Shown here in pieces: positions 1 through 10,996 of a stretch of 64,000 nucleotides of DNA. Both the position numbers and the translations under genes were made by a program. Under the pieces are notes generated by a model, which saw nothing but the letters and a program-made list of their open reading frames with translations, ran no database searches and was not told the DNA's origin. Position 1 is the first letter of the stretch; each line of letters opens with the position of its first letter. Origin of the DNA: Eledone cirrhosa (taxonomy: Eukaryota); assembly GCA_964016885.1 (NCBI GenBank), contig OZ024741.1, positions 247,008,001 to 247,072,000 on the forward strand. Reading direction: 5' to 3'.

Positions 1-229
1 CCCTTGGACGGCTGGAAATTATCTCCCCTTGGACGGCTGGAAATTATCTCCCCTTGGATGGCTAGATATTACCTCCTCTTGGACGGCTGGAAATTATCTC
101 CCCTTGATTTTTTTTACAAATTATCTCCCCCTGATTTTTTTTTACAAATTATCTCCCCCTGATTTTTTTTTACAAATTATCTCCCCCTGATTTTTGTTTA
201 CAAATTATCTCCGCCTGATTTTTTTTAAA

Positions 230-329
230 AAATTATCTCCCCTTGGACGGCTGGAAATTATCTCCCCTTGGACGGCTAGAAATTACCTCTCCTTGGACGG
301 CTGAAAATTATCTCCCCTTGGACGGCTGG
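230..329 (+). repeat. Cassette R (representative copy): 4 type-A monomers GGACGGCTGG / GGACGGCTAG / ACCTCTCC-GGACGGCTGA / GGACGGCTGG
   Basis: Usually preceded by the B variants TTTTTGTTTAC and CCGCCTGA-TnAm. Recurs at about 2356, 4804, 5979, 6949, 10334, 12786, 14019 and onward. A 5-unit form (ATATCTCC, TAGAATTT) occurs at 12161-12285 and a GGCTGGCTGG-initiated form at 6600-6699. Confidence 0.93.
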
Positions 330-573
330 AAATTATCTCCCCTTGATTTTTTTACAAATTATCTCCCCCTGATTTTTTTTTTACAAATTATCTCCCCCTG
401 ATTTTTTTTTACAAATTATCTACCCCTGATTTTTTTTACAAATTATCTCCCCCTGATTTTTTTTACAAATTATCTCCCCCTGATTTTTTTTTACAAATTA
501 TCTCCCCCTGATTTTTTTACAAATTATCTCCCCCTGATTTTTTTTACAAATTATCTCCGCCTGATTTTTTTAA

Positions 574-673
574 ATATTATCTCTCCTTGGCTGGCGGGAA
601 ATTATCTCCCCTTGGACGGCTGGAAATTATCTCCCCTTGGAAGGATGGAAATTATCTCCCCTTGGACGGCTGG
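574..673 (+). repeat. Cassette P (representative copy): 4 type-A monomers GGCTGGCGGG / GGACGGCTGG / GGAAGGATGG / GGACGGCTG(G/A)
   Basis: Preceded by TGATTTTTTTAAAT(A/G)TTATCTCTCC and followed by a CTACCCCTGA B variant. Usually in pairs 206 bp apart (587/793, 1732/1938, 6199/6405, 17951/18157) or 179 bp apart (14582/14761). Source of the 'MAGGKLSPLGRLEIISPWKDG' pseudo-ORFs. Confidence 0.93.
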
Positions 674-3138
674 AAATTATCTACCCCTGATTTTTTTTAC
701 AAATTATCTCCCCCTGATTTTTTTACAAATTATCTCCCCCTGATTTTTTTTACAAATTATCTCCGCCTGATTTTTTTAAATGTTATCTCTCCTTGGCTGG
801 CGGGAAATTATCTCCCCTTGGACGGCTGGAAATTATCTCCCCTTGGAAGGATGGAAATTATCTCCCCTTGGACGGCTGGAAATTATCTACCCCTGATTTT
901 TTTTACAAATTATCTCCCCCTGATTTTTTTTACAAATTATCTCCCCCTGATTTTTTTTACAAATTATCTACCCCTGATTTTTTTTACAAATTATCTCCCC
1001 CTGATTTTTTTTACAAATTATCTCCCCCTGATTTTTTTTTTACAAATTATCTCCCCCTGATTTTTTTAGAAATTATCTCCCCCTGATTTTTTTTACAAAT
1101 TATCTCCGCCTGATTTTTTTAAATGTTATCTCTCCTTGGCTGGCGGGAAATTATCTCCCCATGGACGGCTGGAAATTATCTCCCCTTGGAAGGATGGAAA
1201 TTATCTCCCCTTGGACGGCTGGAAATTATCTACCCCTGATTTTTTTTACAAATTATCTCCCCCTGATTTTTTTTACAAATTATCTACCCCTGATTTTTTT
1301 ACAAATTATCTCCCCTTGGCTGGCTGGAAATTATCTCCCCTTGGACGGCTAGAAATTACCTCTCCTTGGACGGCTGAAAATTATCTCCCCTTGGACGGCT
1401 GGAAATTATCTCCCCTTGGACGGCTAGAAATTACCTCCTTGGACGGCTGAAAATTATCTCCCCTTGGACGGCTGGAAATTATCTCCCCTTGATTTTTTTA
1501 CAAATTATCTCCCCCTGATTTATTTTTACAAATTATCTCCCCCTGATTTTTTTTTACAAATTATCTACCCCTGATTTTTTTTTACAAATTATCTCCCCCT
1601 GATTTTTTTTACAAATTATCTCCCCTGATTTTTTTTTACAAATTATCTCCCCCTGATTTTTTTACAAATTATCTCCCCCTGATTTTTTATACAAATTATC
1701 TCCGCCTGATTTTTTTAAATATTATCTCTCCTTGGCTGGCGGGAAATTATCTCCCCTTGGACGGCTGGAAATTATCTCCCCTTGGAAGGATGGAAATTAT
1801 CTCCCCTTGGACGGCTGGAAATTATCTACCCCTGATTTTTTTTACAAATTATCTCCCCCTGATTTTTTTACAAATTATCTCCCCCTGATTTTTTTTACAA
1901 ATGATCTCCGCCTGATTTTTTTAAATGTTATCTCTCCTTGGCTGGCGGGAAATTATCTCCCCTTGGACGGCTGGAAATTATCTCCCCTTGGAAGGATGGA
2001 AATTATCTCCCCTTGGACGGCTGGAAATTATCTACCCCTGATTTTTTTTACAAATTATCTCCCCCTGATTTTTTTTACAAATTATCTCCCCCTGATTTTT
2101 TTTACAAATTATCTACCCCTGATTTTTTTACAAATTATCTCCCCCTGATTTTTTTTTTACAAATTATCTCCCCCTGATTTTTTTTTACAAATTATCTACC
2201 CCTGATTTTTTTTTACAAATCATCTCCCCTTGATTTTTTTTACAAATTATCTCCCCCTGATTTTTTTTTACAAATTATCTCCCCCTGATTTTTTTTTACA
2301 AATTATCTCCCCCTGATTTTTGTTTACAAATTATCTCCGCCTGATTTTTTAAAAAAAATTATCTCCCCTTGGACGGCTGGAAATTATCTCCCCTTGGACG
2401 GCTAGAAATTACCTCTCCTTGGACGGCTGAAAATTATCTCCCCTTGGACGGCTGGAAATTATCTCCCCTTGATTTTTTTACAAATTATCTCCCCCTGATT
2501 TTTTTTTTACAAATTATCTCCCCCTGATTTTTTTTTACAAATTATCTACCCCTGATTTTTTTTTACAAATTATCTCCCCCTGATTTTTTTTACGAATTAT
2601 CTCCCCCTGATTTTTTTTTACAAATTATCTCCCCCTGATTTTTTTAAATGTTATCTCTCCTTGGCTGGCGGGAAATTATCTCCCCTTGGACGGCTGGAAA
2701 TTATCTCCCCTTGGAAGGATGGAAATTATCTCCCCTTGGACGGCTGAAAATTATCTACCCCTGATTTTTTTTACAAATTATCTCCCCCTGATTTTTTTAC
2801 AAATTATCTCCGCCTGATTTTTTTAAATGTTATCTCTCCTTGGCTGGCGGGAAATTATCTCCCCTTGGACGGCTGGAAATTATCTCCCCTTGGAAGGATG
2901 GAAATTATCTCCCCTTGGACGGCTGAAAATTATCTACCCCTGATTTTTTTTACAAATTATCTCCCCCTGATTTTTTTTACAAATTATCTCCCCCTGATTT
3001 TTTTTACAAATTATCTACCCCTTATTTTTTTTACAAATTATCTCCCCCTGATTTTTTTTACAAATTATCTCCCCCTGATTTTTTTTTACAAATTATCTCC
3101 ACCTGATTTTTTTTACAATCTCCGCCTGATTTTTTAAA

Positions 3139-3288
3139 AAATTATCTTCCCTTGGCTGGCGGGAAATTATCTCCCCTTGGACGGCTGGAAATTATCTCCC
3201 CTTGGAAGGATGGAAATTATCTCCCCTTGGACGGCTGGAAATTATCTCCCCTTGCACGGCTGGAAATTATAGCCCCTTGGAGGGCTGG
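3139..3288 (+). repeat. Cassette S (representative copy): 6 type-A monomers including the rare TTGCACGG and AAATTATAGCCCCTTGGAGGG variants; marker of the multi-kb higher-order unit
   Basis: 15 copies counted, first TTG at 3152, 7800, 11553, 15128, 20489, 23944, 25553, 33749, 38171, ~41566 (one unit shorter), 44202, 48637, 53998, 57453, 59062. Each is preceded by the 4-nt-deleted monomer ACAATCTCCGCC and by TCTTCCC. Confidence 0.93.
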
Positions 3289-5615
3289 AAATTATCTCCC
3301 CTTGATATTTTTTACAAATTATCTCCCCCTGATTTTTTTTTCAAATTATCTCCCCCTGATTTTTTTTACAAATTATCTCCCCCCTGATTTTTTTACAAAT
3401 TATCTCCCCTTGGCTGGCTGGAAATTATCTCCCCTTGGAGGCTGGAACTTATCTCCCCTTGGACGGCTAGAAATTACCTCTCCTTGGACGGCTGGAAAAT
3501 ATGTCTCCTTGGACGGCTGGATATTATCTCCCCTTGGACGGCTGGAAATTATCTCCCCTTGGACGGCTGGAAATTATCTCCCCTTGGATGGCTAGATATT
3601 ACCTCTCCTTGGACGGCTGAAAATTATCTCCCCTTGGACGGCTGGAAATTATCTCCCCTTGATTTTTTTACAAATTATCTCCCCCTGATTTTTTTTTACA
3701 AATTATCTCCCCCTGATTTTTTTTTACAAATTATCTACCCCTGATTTTTTTTTACAAATTATCTCCCCCTGATTTTTTTTACAAATTATCTCCCCCTGAT
3801 TTTTTTTTACAAATTATCTCCCCCTGATTTTTTTACAAATTATCTCCCCCTGATTTTTTTTACAAATTATCTCCGCCTGATTTTTTTAAATATTATCTCT
3901 CCTTGGCTGGCGGGAAATTATCTCCCCTTGGACGGCTGGAAATTATCTCCCCTTGGAAGGATGGAAATTATCTCCCCTTGGACGGCTGGAAATTATCTAC
4001 CCCTGATTTTTTTTATAAATTATCTCCCCCTGATTTTTTTACAAATTATCTCCCCCTGATTTTTTTTACAAATTATCTCCGCCTGATTTTTTTAAATGTT
4101 ATCTCTCCTTGGCTGGCGGGAAATTATCTCCCCTTGGACGGCTGGAAATTATCTCCCCTTGGAAGGATGGAAATTATCTCCCCTTGGAGGGCTGAAAATT
4201 ATCTACCCCTGATTTTTTTTACAAATTATCTCCCCCTGATTTTTTTTACAAATTATCTCCCCCTGATTTTTTTTACAAATTATCTACCCCTGATTTTTTT
4301 TACAAATTATCTCCCCCTGATTTTTTTTACAAATTATCTCCCCCTGATTTTTTTTTTACAAATTATCTCCCCCTGATTTTTTTACAAATTATCTCCCCCT
4401 GATTTTTTTTTTACAAATTATCTCCCCCTGATTTTTTTACAAATTATCTCCCCTTGGCTGGCTGGAAATTATCTCCCCTTGGAGGCAGGAACTTATCTCC
4501 CCTTGGACGGCTAGAAATTACCTCTCCTTGGACGGCTGGAAAATATGTCTCCTTGGACGGCTGGATATTATCTCCCCTTGGACGGCTGGAAATTATCTCC
4601 CCTTGGACGGCTGGAAATTATCTCCCCTTGGATGGCTAGATATTACCTCCCCTTGGACGGCTGGAAATTATCTCCCCTTGATTTTTTTTACAAATTATCT
4701 CCCCCTGATTTTTTTTTACAAATTATCTCCCCCTGATTTTTTTTTACAAATTATCTACCCCTGATTTTTGTTTACAAATTATCTCCGCCTGATTTTTAAA
4801 AAAAAATTATCTCCCCTTGGACGGCTGGAAATTATCTCCCCTTGGACGGCTAGAAATTACCTCTCCTTGGACGGCTGAAAATTATCTCCCCTTGGACGGC
4901 TGGAAATTATCTCCCCTTGATTTTTTTACAAATTATCTCCCCCTGATTTTTTTTTTACAAATTATCTCCCCCTGATTTTTTTTTACAAATTATCTACCCC
5001 TGATTTTTTTTACAAATTATCTCCCCCTGATTTTTTTACAAATTATCTCCCCCTGATTTTTTTTTACAAATTATCTCCCCCTGATTTTTTTACAAATTAT
5101 CTCCCCCTGATTTTTTTTACAAATTATCTCCGCCTGATTTTTTTAAATATTATCTCTCCTTGGCTGGCGGGAAATTATCTCCCCTTGGACGGATGGAAAT
5201 TATCTCCCCTTGGAAGGATGGAAATTATCTCCCCTTGGACGGCTGGAAATTATCTACCCCTGATTTTTTTTACAAATTATCTCCCCCTGATTTTTTTACA
5301 AATTATCTCCCCCTGATTTTTTTTACAAATTATCTCCGCCTGATTTTTTTAAATGTTATCTCTCCTTGGCTGGCGGGAAATTATCTCCCCTTGGACGGGT
5401 GGAAATTATCTCCCCTTGGAAGGATGGAAATTATCTCCCCTTGGACGGCTGAAAATTATCTACCCCTGATTTTTTCTACAAATTATCTCCCCCTGATTTT
5501 TTTTACAAATTATCTCCCCCTGATTTTTTTTTACAAATTATCTCCCCCTGATATTTTTACAAATTATCTCCCCCTGATTTTTTTTTTACAAATTATCTCC
5601 CCCTGATTTTTTTAC

Positions 5616-5839
5616 AAATTATCTCCCCTTGGCTGGCTGGAAATTATCTCCCCTTGGAGGCTGGAACTTATCTCCCCTTGGACGGCTAGAAATTACCTCT
5701 CCTTGGACGGCTGGAAAATATGTCTCCTTGGACGGCTGGATATTATCTCCCCTTGGACGGCTGGAAATTATCTCCCCTTGGACGGCTGGAAATTATCTCC
5801 CCTTGGATGGCTAGATATTACCTCCCCTTGGACGGCTGG
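5616..5839 (+). repeat. Cassette Q (representative copy): 9 type-A monomers, 224 bp, with GGCTGGCTGG, GGAGGCTGGAACTT (24 bp), AAAATATGTCTCC, GATATT and GGATGGCTAGATATTACC variants
   Basis: About 40 complete or truncated copies, e.g. ORF starts 4454, 5629, 9984, 12436, 13669, 16011, 17244, 20748, 21897, 29007, 30240, 34008, 35102, 39604, 42452, 46358, 49520, 50753, 54257, 55406, 62515, 63748. Confidence 0.93.
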
Positions 5840-8800
5840 AAATTATCTCCCCTTGATTTTTTTTACAAATTATCTCCCCCTGATTTTTTTTTACAAATTA
5901 TCTCCCCCTGATTTTTTTTTACAAATTATCTCCCCCTGATTTTTGTTTACAAATTATCTCCGCCTGATTTTTTTAAAAAAATTATCTCCCCTTGGACGGC
6001 TGGAAATTATCTCCCCTTGGACGGCTAGAAATTACCTCCTTGGACGGCTGAAAATTATCTCCCCTTGGACGGCTGGAAATTATCTCCCCTTGATTTTTTT
6101 ACAAATTATCTCCCCCTGATTTTTTTTTTACAAATTATCTCCCCCTGATTTTTTTTTACAAATTATCTACCCCTGATTTTTTTAAATATTATCTCTCCTT
6201 GGCTGGCGGGAAATTATCTCCCCTTGGACGGCTGGAAATTATCTCCCCTTGGAAGGATGGAAATTATCTCCCCTTGGACGGCTGGAAATTATCTACCCCT
6301 GATTTTTTTTACAAATTATCTCCCCCTGATTTTTTTACAAATTATCTCCCCCTGATTTTTTTTACAAATTATCTCCGCCTGATTTTTTTAAATGTTATCT
6401 CTCCTTGGCTGGCGGGAAATTATCTCCCCTTGGACGGCTGGAAATTATCTCCCCTTGGAAGGATGGAAATTATCTCCCCTTGGACGGCTGGAAATTATCT
6501 ACCCCTGATTTTTTTTACAAATTATCTCCCCCTGATTTTTTTTACAAATTATCTCCCCCTGATTTTTTTTTACAAATTATCTACCCCTGATTTTTTTACA
6601 AATTATCTCCCCTTGGCTGGCTGGAAATTATCTCCCCTTGGACGGCTAGAAATTACATGTCCTTGGACGGCTGAAAATTATCTCCCCTTGGACGGCTGGA
6701 AATTATCTCCCCTTGATTTTTTTACAAATTATCTCCCCCTGATTTTTTTTTTACAAATTATCTCCCCCTGATTTTTTTTTACAAATTATCTACCCCTGAT
6801 TTTTTTTACAAATTATCTCCCCTTGATTTTTTTTACAAATTATCTCCCCCTGATTTTTTTTTACAAATTATCTCCTCCTGATTTTTTTTTACAAATTATC
6901 TCCCCCTGATTTTTGTTTACAAATTATCTCCGCCTGATTTTTTAAAAAAAATTATCTCCCCTTGGACGGCTGGAAATTATCTCCCCTTGGACGGCTAGAA
7001 ATTACCTCTCCTTGGACGGCTGAAAATTATCTCCCCTTGGACGGCTGGAAATTATCTCCCCTTGATTTTTTTACAAATTATCTCCCCCTGATTTTTTTTT
7101 TACAAATTATCTCCCCCTGATTTTTTTTTACAAATTATCTACCCCTGATTTTTTTTTACAAATTATCTCCCCCTGATTTTTTTTACGAATTATCTCCCCC
7201 TGATTTTTTTTTACAAATTATCTCCCCCTGATTTTTTTAAATGTTATCTCTCCTTGGCTGGCGGGAAATTATCTCCCCTTGGACGGCTGGAAATTATCTC
7301 CCCTTGGAAGGATGGAAATTATCTCCCCTTGGACGGCTGAAAATTATCTACCCCTGATTTTTTTTACAAATTATCTCCCCCTGATTTTTTTACAAATTAT
7401 CTCCGCCTGATTTTTTTAAATGTTATCTCTCCTTGGCTGGCGGGAAATTATCTCCCCTTGGACGGCTGGAAATTATCTCCCCTTGGAAGGATGGAAATTA
7501 TCTCCCCTTGGACGGCTGAAAATTATCTACCCCTGATTTTTTTTACAAATTATCTCCCCCTGATTTTTTTTACAAATTATCTCCCCCTGATTTTTTTTAC
7601 AAATTATCTACCCCTTATTTTTTTTACAAATTATCTCCCCCTGATTTTTTTTACAAATTATCTCCCCCTGATTTTTTTTTACAAATTATCTCCACCTGAT
7701 TTTTTTTTTACAAATTATCTCCCCCTGATTTTTTTACAAATTATCTCCCCCTGATTTTTTTTACAATCTCCGCCTGATTTTTTAAAAAATTATCTTCCCT
7801 TGGCTGGCGGGAAATTATCTCCCCTTGGACGGCTGGAAATTATCTCCCCTTGGAAGGATGGAAATTATCTCCCCTTGGACGGCTGGAAATTATCTCCCCT
7901 TGCACGGCTGGAAATTATAGCCCCTTGGAGGGCTGGAAATTATCTCCCCTTGATATTTTTTACAAATTATCTCCCCCTGATTTTTTTTTCAAATTATCTC
8001 CCCCTGATTTTTTTTACAAATTATCTCCCCCCTGATTTTTTTACAAATTATCTCCCCTTGGCTGGCTGGAAATTATCTCCCCTTGGAGGCTGGAACTTAT
8101 CTCCCCTTGGACGGCTAGAAATTACCTCTCCTTGGACGGCTGGAAAATATGTCTCCTTGGACGGCTGGATATTATCTCCCCTTGGACGGCTGGAAATTAT
8201 CTCCCCTTGGACGGCTGGAAATTATCTCCCCTTGGATGGCTAGATATTACCTCTCCTTGGACGGCTGAAAATTATCTCCCCTTGGACGGCTGGAAATTAT
8301 CTCCCCTTGATTTTTTTACAAATTATCTCCCCCTGATTTTTTTTTACAAATTATCTCCCCCTGATTTTTTTTTACAAATTATCTACCCCTGATTTTTTTT
8401 TACAAATTATCTCCCCCTGATTTTTTTTACAAATTATCTCCCCCTGATTTTTTTTTACAAATTATCTCCCCCTGATTTTTTTACAAATTATCTCCCCCTG
8501 ATTTTTTTTACAAATTATCTCCGCCTGATTTTTTTAAATATTATCTCTCCTTGGCTGGCGGGAAATTATCTCCCCTTGGACGGCTGGAAATTATCTCCCC
8601 TTGGAAGGATGTAAATTATCTCCCCTTGGACGGCTGGAAATTATCTACCCCTGATTTTTTTTATAAATTATCTCCCCCTGATTTTTTTACAAATTATCTC
8701 CCCCTGATTTTTTTTACAAATTATCTCCGCCTGATTTTTTTAAATGTTATCTCTCCTTGGCTGGCGGGAAATTATCTCCCCTTGGACGGCTGGAAATTAT

Positions 8801-10996
8801 CTCCCCTTGGAAGGATGGAAATTATCTCCCCTTGGAGGGCTGAAAATTATCTACCCCTGATTTTTTTTACAAATTATCTCCCCCTGATTTTTTTTACAAA
8901 TTATCTACCCCTGATTTTTTTTACAAATTATCTCCCCCTGATTTTTTTTACAAATTATCTCTCCCTGATTTTTTTTTTACAAATTATCTCCCCCTGATTT
9001 TTTTACAAATTATCTCCCCCTGATTTTTTTTTTACAAATTATCTCCCCCTGATTTTTTTACAAATTATCTCCCCTTGGCTGGCTGGAAATTATCTCCCCT
9101 TGGAGGCAGGAACTTATCTCCCCTTGGACGGCTAGAAATTACCTCTCCTTGGACGGCTGGAAAATATGTCTCCTTGGACGGCTGGATATTATCTCCCCTT
9201 GGACGGCTAGAAATTACCTCTCGGACGGCTGAAAATTATCTCCCCTTGGACGGCTGGAAATTATCTCCCCTTGATTTTTTTACAAATTATCTCCCCCTGA
9301 TTTTTTTTTTACAAATTATCTCCCCCTGATTTTTTTTTACATATTATCTACCCCTGATTTTTTTTACAAATTATCTCCCCCTGATTTTTTTACAAATTAT
9401 CTCCCCCTGATTTTTTTTTACAAATTATCTCCCCCTGATTTTTTTACAAATTATCTCCCCCTGATTTTTTTTACAAATTATCTCCGCCTGATTTTTTTAA
9501 ATATTATCTCTCCTTGGCTGGCGGGAAATTATCTCCCCTTGGACGGCTGGAAATTATCTCCCCTTGGAAGGATGGAAATTATCTCCCCTTGGACGGCTGG
9601 AAATTATCTACCCCTGATTTTTTTTACAAATTATCTCCCCCTGATTTTTTTACAAATTATCTCCCCCTGATTTTTTTTACAAATTATCTCCGCCTGATTT
9701 TTTTAAATGTTATCTCTCCTTGGCTGGCGGGAAATTATCTCCCCTTGGACGGGTGGAAATTATCTCCCCTTGGAAGGATGGAAATTATCTCCCCTTGGAC
9801 GGCTGAAAATTATCTACCCCTGATTTTTTCTACAAATTATCTCCCCCTGATTTTTTTTACAAATTATCTCCCCCTGATTTTTTTTTTACAAATTATCTCC
9901 CCCTGATTTTTTTACAAATTATCTCCCCCTGATTTTTTTTTTACAAATTATCTCCCCCTGATTTTTTTACAAATTATCTCCCCTTGGCTGGCTGGAAATT
10001 ATCTCCCCTTGGAGGCTGGAACTTATCTCCCCTTGGACGGCTAGAAATTACCTCTCCTTGGACGGCTGGAAAATATGTCTCCTTGGACGGCTGGATATTA
10101 TCTCCCCTTGGACGGCTGGAAATTATCTCCCCTTGGACGGCTGGAAATTATCTCCCCTTGGATGGCTAGATATTACCTCCCCTTGGACGGCTGGAAATTA
10201 TCTCCCCTTGATTTTTTTTACAAATTATCTCCCCCTGATTTTTTTTTACAAATTATCTCCCCCTGATTTTTTTTTACAAATTATCTCCCCCTGATTTTTG
10301 TTTACAAATTATCTCCGCCTGATTTTTTTAAAAAAATTATCTCCCCTTGGACGGCTGGAAATTATCTCCCCTTGGACGGCTAGAAATTACCTCCTTGGAC
10401 GGCTGAAAATTATCTCCCCTTGGACGGCTGGAAATTATCTCCCCTTGATTTTTTTACAAATTATCTCCCCCTGATTTTTTTTTTACAAATTATCTCCCCC
10501 TGATTTTTTTTTACAAATTATCTACCCCTGATTTTTTTTTACAAATTATCTCCCCCTGATTTTTTTTACAAATTATCTCCCCTGATTTTTTTTTACAAAT
10601 TATCTCCCCCTGATTTTTTTACAAATTATCTCCCCCTGATTTTTTTTACAAATTATCTCCGCCTGATTTTTTTAAATATTATCTCTCCTTGGCTGGCGGG
10701 AAATTATCTCCCCTTGGACGGCTGGAAATTATCTCCCCTTGGAAGGATGGAAATTATCTCCCCTTGGACGGCTGGAAATTATCTCCCCTTGATTTTTTTA
10801 CAAATTATCTCCCCCTGATTTTTTTTTTAAAAATTATCTACCCCTGATTTTTTTTTACAAATTATCTCCCCCTGATTTTTTTTTACAAATTATCTCCCCC
10901 TGATTTTTTTTTACAAATTATCTCCCCCTGATTTTTTTACAAATTATCTCCCCCTGATTTTTTTTACAAATTATCTCCGCCTGATTTTTTTAAATA

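Larger units (their letters stand above)
1..2945 (+). repeat. Segment also present at ~17365-20309 (offset 17,364) and ~50874-53818 (offset 50,873)
   Basis: ORF starts 587/793/1136/1732/1938/2865 map to 17951/18157/18500/19096/19302/20229 (all +17,364). Shared rare variants: TTAGAAATT (~1068), CCCCATGG (~1161), GATTTATTTTT (~1522), AAATGATC (~1903), AAATCATC (~2221). Confidence 0.9.

Noticed and set aside
110-232. Poly-T tracts as intrinsic (rho-independent) or Pol III terminators
   Set aside because: There is no GC-rich hairpin upstream and no transcription unit. The tracts are integral parts of monomer B.
330-573. G-quadruplex / i-motif potential from G4-5 runs on the minus strand
   Set aside because: Runs are separated by ~21-24 nt, far longer than canonical 1-7 nt loops, so a stable intramolecular G4 is not supported from sequence alone.
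596-610. NF-kB/Rel or NFAT (TGGAAA) regulatory sites
   Set aside because: Spacing does not fit GGGRNNYYCC, and short motif matches in a repeated monomer are not independent evidence. There is no gene context, so it is not annotated as a regulatory feature.
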